A stretch of DNA of 64,000 nucleotides from NCBI RefSeq assembly GCF_001194135.2, contig NC_068983.1, positions 149,880,681-149,944,680 of the forward strand, written 5' to 3'. This document shows positions 62,376-64,000 of this stretch, piece after piece. The number at the start of each line of letters is the position of its first letter. Positions within the stretch are counted from its first letter, which is position 1. Origin of the DNA: Octopus bimaculoides (taxonomy: Eukaryota). A model generated the notes under the pieces. It saw nothing but the letters and a program-made list of their open reading frames with translations, made no database searches and had not been told where the DNA came from. A program made the position numbers and the translations under genes.

Positions 62376-63015
62376 GGCACTGTCATGGTATTAGCTGTCA
62401 GAAGTGAAAGCAGAAAAATCTGACAAGGAACGTTACTGCTGGTTTGAGTTGATTCTTTGGCTCCTGACAGCTAATACCATGACTGGCCGGAGCGAGCTAT
62501 CTGTCTGTCTGTCTCTATCTATCTATGTATCTATCTATCACTCGAAAGTTATTGGAACAAATTTGACACCTATATCCATGCGTTTGAAAACACACAGAGT
62601 ATAAGGGTACTACTAAAGCAGAGTGGTCCCGAACGCGCAGTCGCGCGTCCGCGCTAGCTAGTCGTGAGTGGTCGATCCTATTATTTTTAAACTTCATTTG
62701 TTTTCTATTTTGATAAATTCTCTCTGTTGAAAATTATATTTTTATATTTTAAATAATTTGCAATTTCAGAAAATATATTTTTATATTAAATTTGCGTTTT
62801 CTAATTTGATAAATTCTACGGAAACAAAGGTGGACGAGTGATAGATAGATAGATATAGAGAGAGAGATAGTGAGACAGACAGATAGATAGATAGATAGCT
62901 CCGGCTAGTCATGGTATTAGCTGGCAGTAGCCAAAGAATCAACTCAAACCAGCAGTAACGTTCCTTGTCAGATTTTTCTGCTTTCACTTCTGACAGCTAA
63001 TACCATGACAGTGCC
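62376..63015. mobile_element. MITE with ~170-180-bp TIRs in the RNASEH2C intron
   Basis: GGCACTGTCATGG...CCATGACAGTGCC; arms 62376-62544 / 62835-63015. Confidence 0.9.
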
Positions 63016-64000
63016 AATTTCAAAATCTCGATTCCCCTACCCCCGGTTTTTATATAGATCCACAGGGTAAACCTAACCCTAACCCTAACACTAGTTTTGT
63101 GAGATTTGGCTGTTATTTCTAGCATGTAAATAGCCTGCTTGGTGGGGGGGATTGACATTTTTCAAGCAATTTTTTTTCAGAATCGGAATCTCCATAGCCT
63201 AAAACGTGGGATTCCGTAAAAAAAATTAATAAATATAGGGGGGAAAGGTTCAGATTACATATAGTCCGTCTCTACCCATTTTTTTTATCGTATGAGTTTG
63301 TAGAATACAAGGTTATAGCGTGTGTGAACGCAGTTGTTATGATGAGCTATTTCGGTCCGCGTAATATTTATTTAACAGCCATAACTGATTACTGCTTATC
63401 GTCGACTTAGAGGTTATGACTTTTACCAGTTTCCATCTGTTTTTATACAAAAAGCGGTTCTCGTACGCTTCATCTCCACAAGGGAGATCACTTTCTTATA
63501 TATTTCTCAGGCTTGTGCATTGTAATAAGTTTATTTTCATTTTTTGTATCAATGTATTTAATATTTTTCAATTATAAATGTAGCCTGTCATTTCAATGTA
63601 AAGTGTAAATGACTTACGTAAATGATAACCCCTTAAGTTTGTGACGCTATCTAACTAAAAGTGAACTCTGGGAATGCGTTAATCGGAGGTATATTTTTCA
63701 CAAATGGGCATCTTTTTATAATTCCCCATAACCCCAGTTTGTCAATAAAAATATGACATAAATTCTTGGCTCTGGTGAGGCGACTCGGAACATTCACGAT
63801 GTGAATGTTCCGAGTCCTTTCCCCCCATCCCCACCCCGTTCGCGAGCGCGCATTTTTTTGTTTGTTTTCATATTCGTTTCGGGCAAGTTGTTTTACACCT
63901 ATTACACTATTTTTCTTTTTCTTTTTTTTTTTTTGCTCAGGTCAAACGCTTTCTTCCCCCACCCATCCACCCACACACACACCTGACTTAGGATGATCCT

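Noticed and set aside
62404-62987. Two ORFs beginning MKAEKSDKERYCWFEL on opposite strands
   Set aside because: Mirror translations of the MITE terminal inverted repeats.

Overview
AT-rich, microsatellite-laden eukaryotic scaffold with N-gaps. The SINE and LINE repertoire suggests a coleoid cephalopod, probably Octopus (inference). Bases ~1.3-50.8 kb hold the 3' part of one large + strand polycystin-1-family gene (PKD1L2/PKDREJ-like). I trace 19 coding exons (5154 nt) encoding the REJ C-terminus, a GAIN/GPS domain with an intact HL|T site, TM1, PLAT/LH2, TM2-5, a TRPP-like TOP and 6-TM channel, and a short coiled-coil tail. The 5' end lies outside the window and one phase-bridging exon is missing. 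The GPS/TM1 exon has a ~95% identical partial tandem copy that keeps the cleavage site and stalk but ends at a stop without TM1. At the right end a head-to-head pair shares a 122-bp spacer with an E2F site: RNASEH2C exon 1 (+) and a two-coding-exon, 98-aa single-pass membrane protein I cannot name (-). The rest is tRNA-derived SINEs, R4/Dong-type RLE fragments in (TAA)n tracts, RTE and L2/CR1 relics, a DD36E Tc1-like relic, a mariner fragment, several hairpin MITEs and an Illumina adapter remnant.
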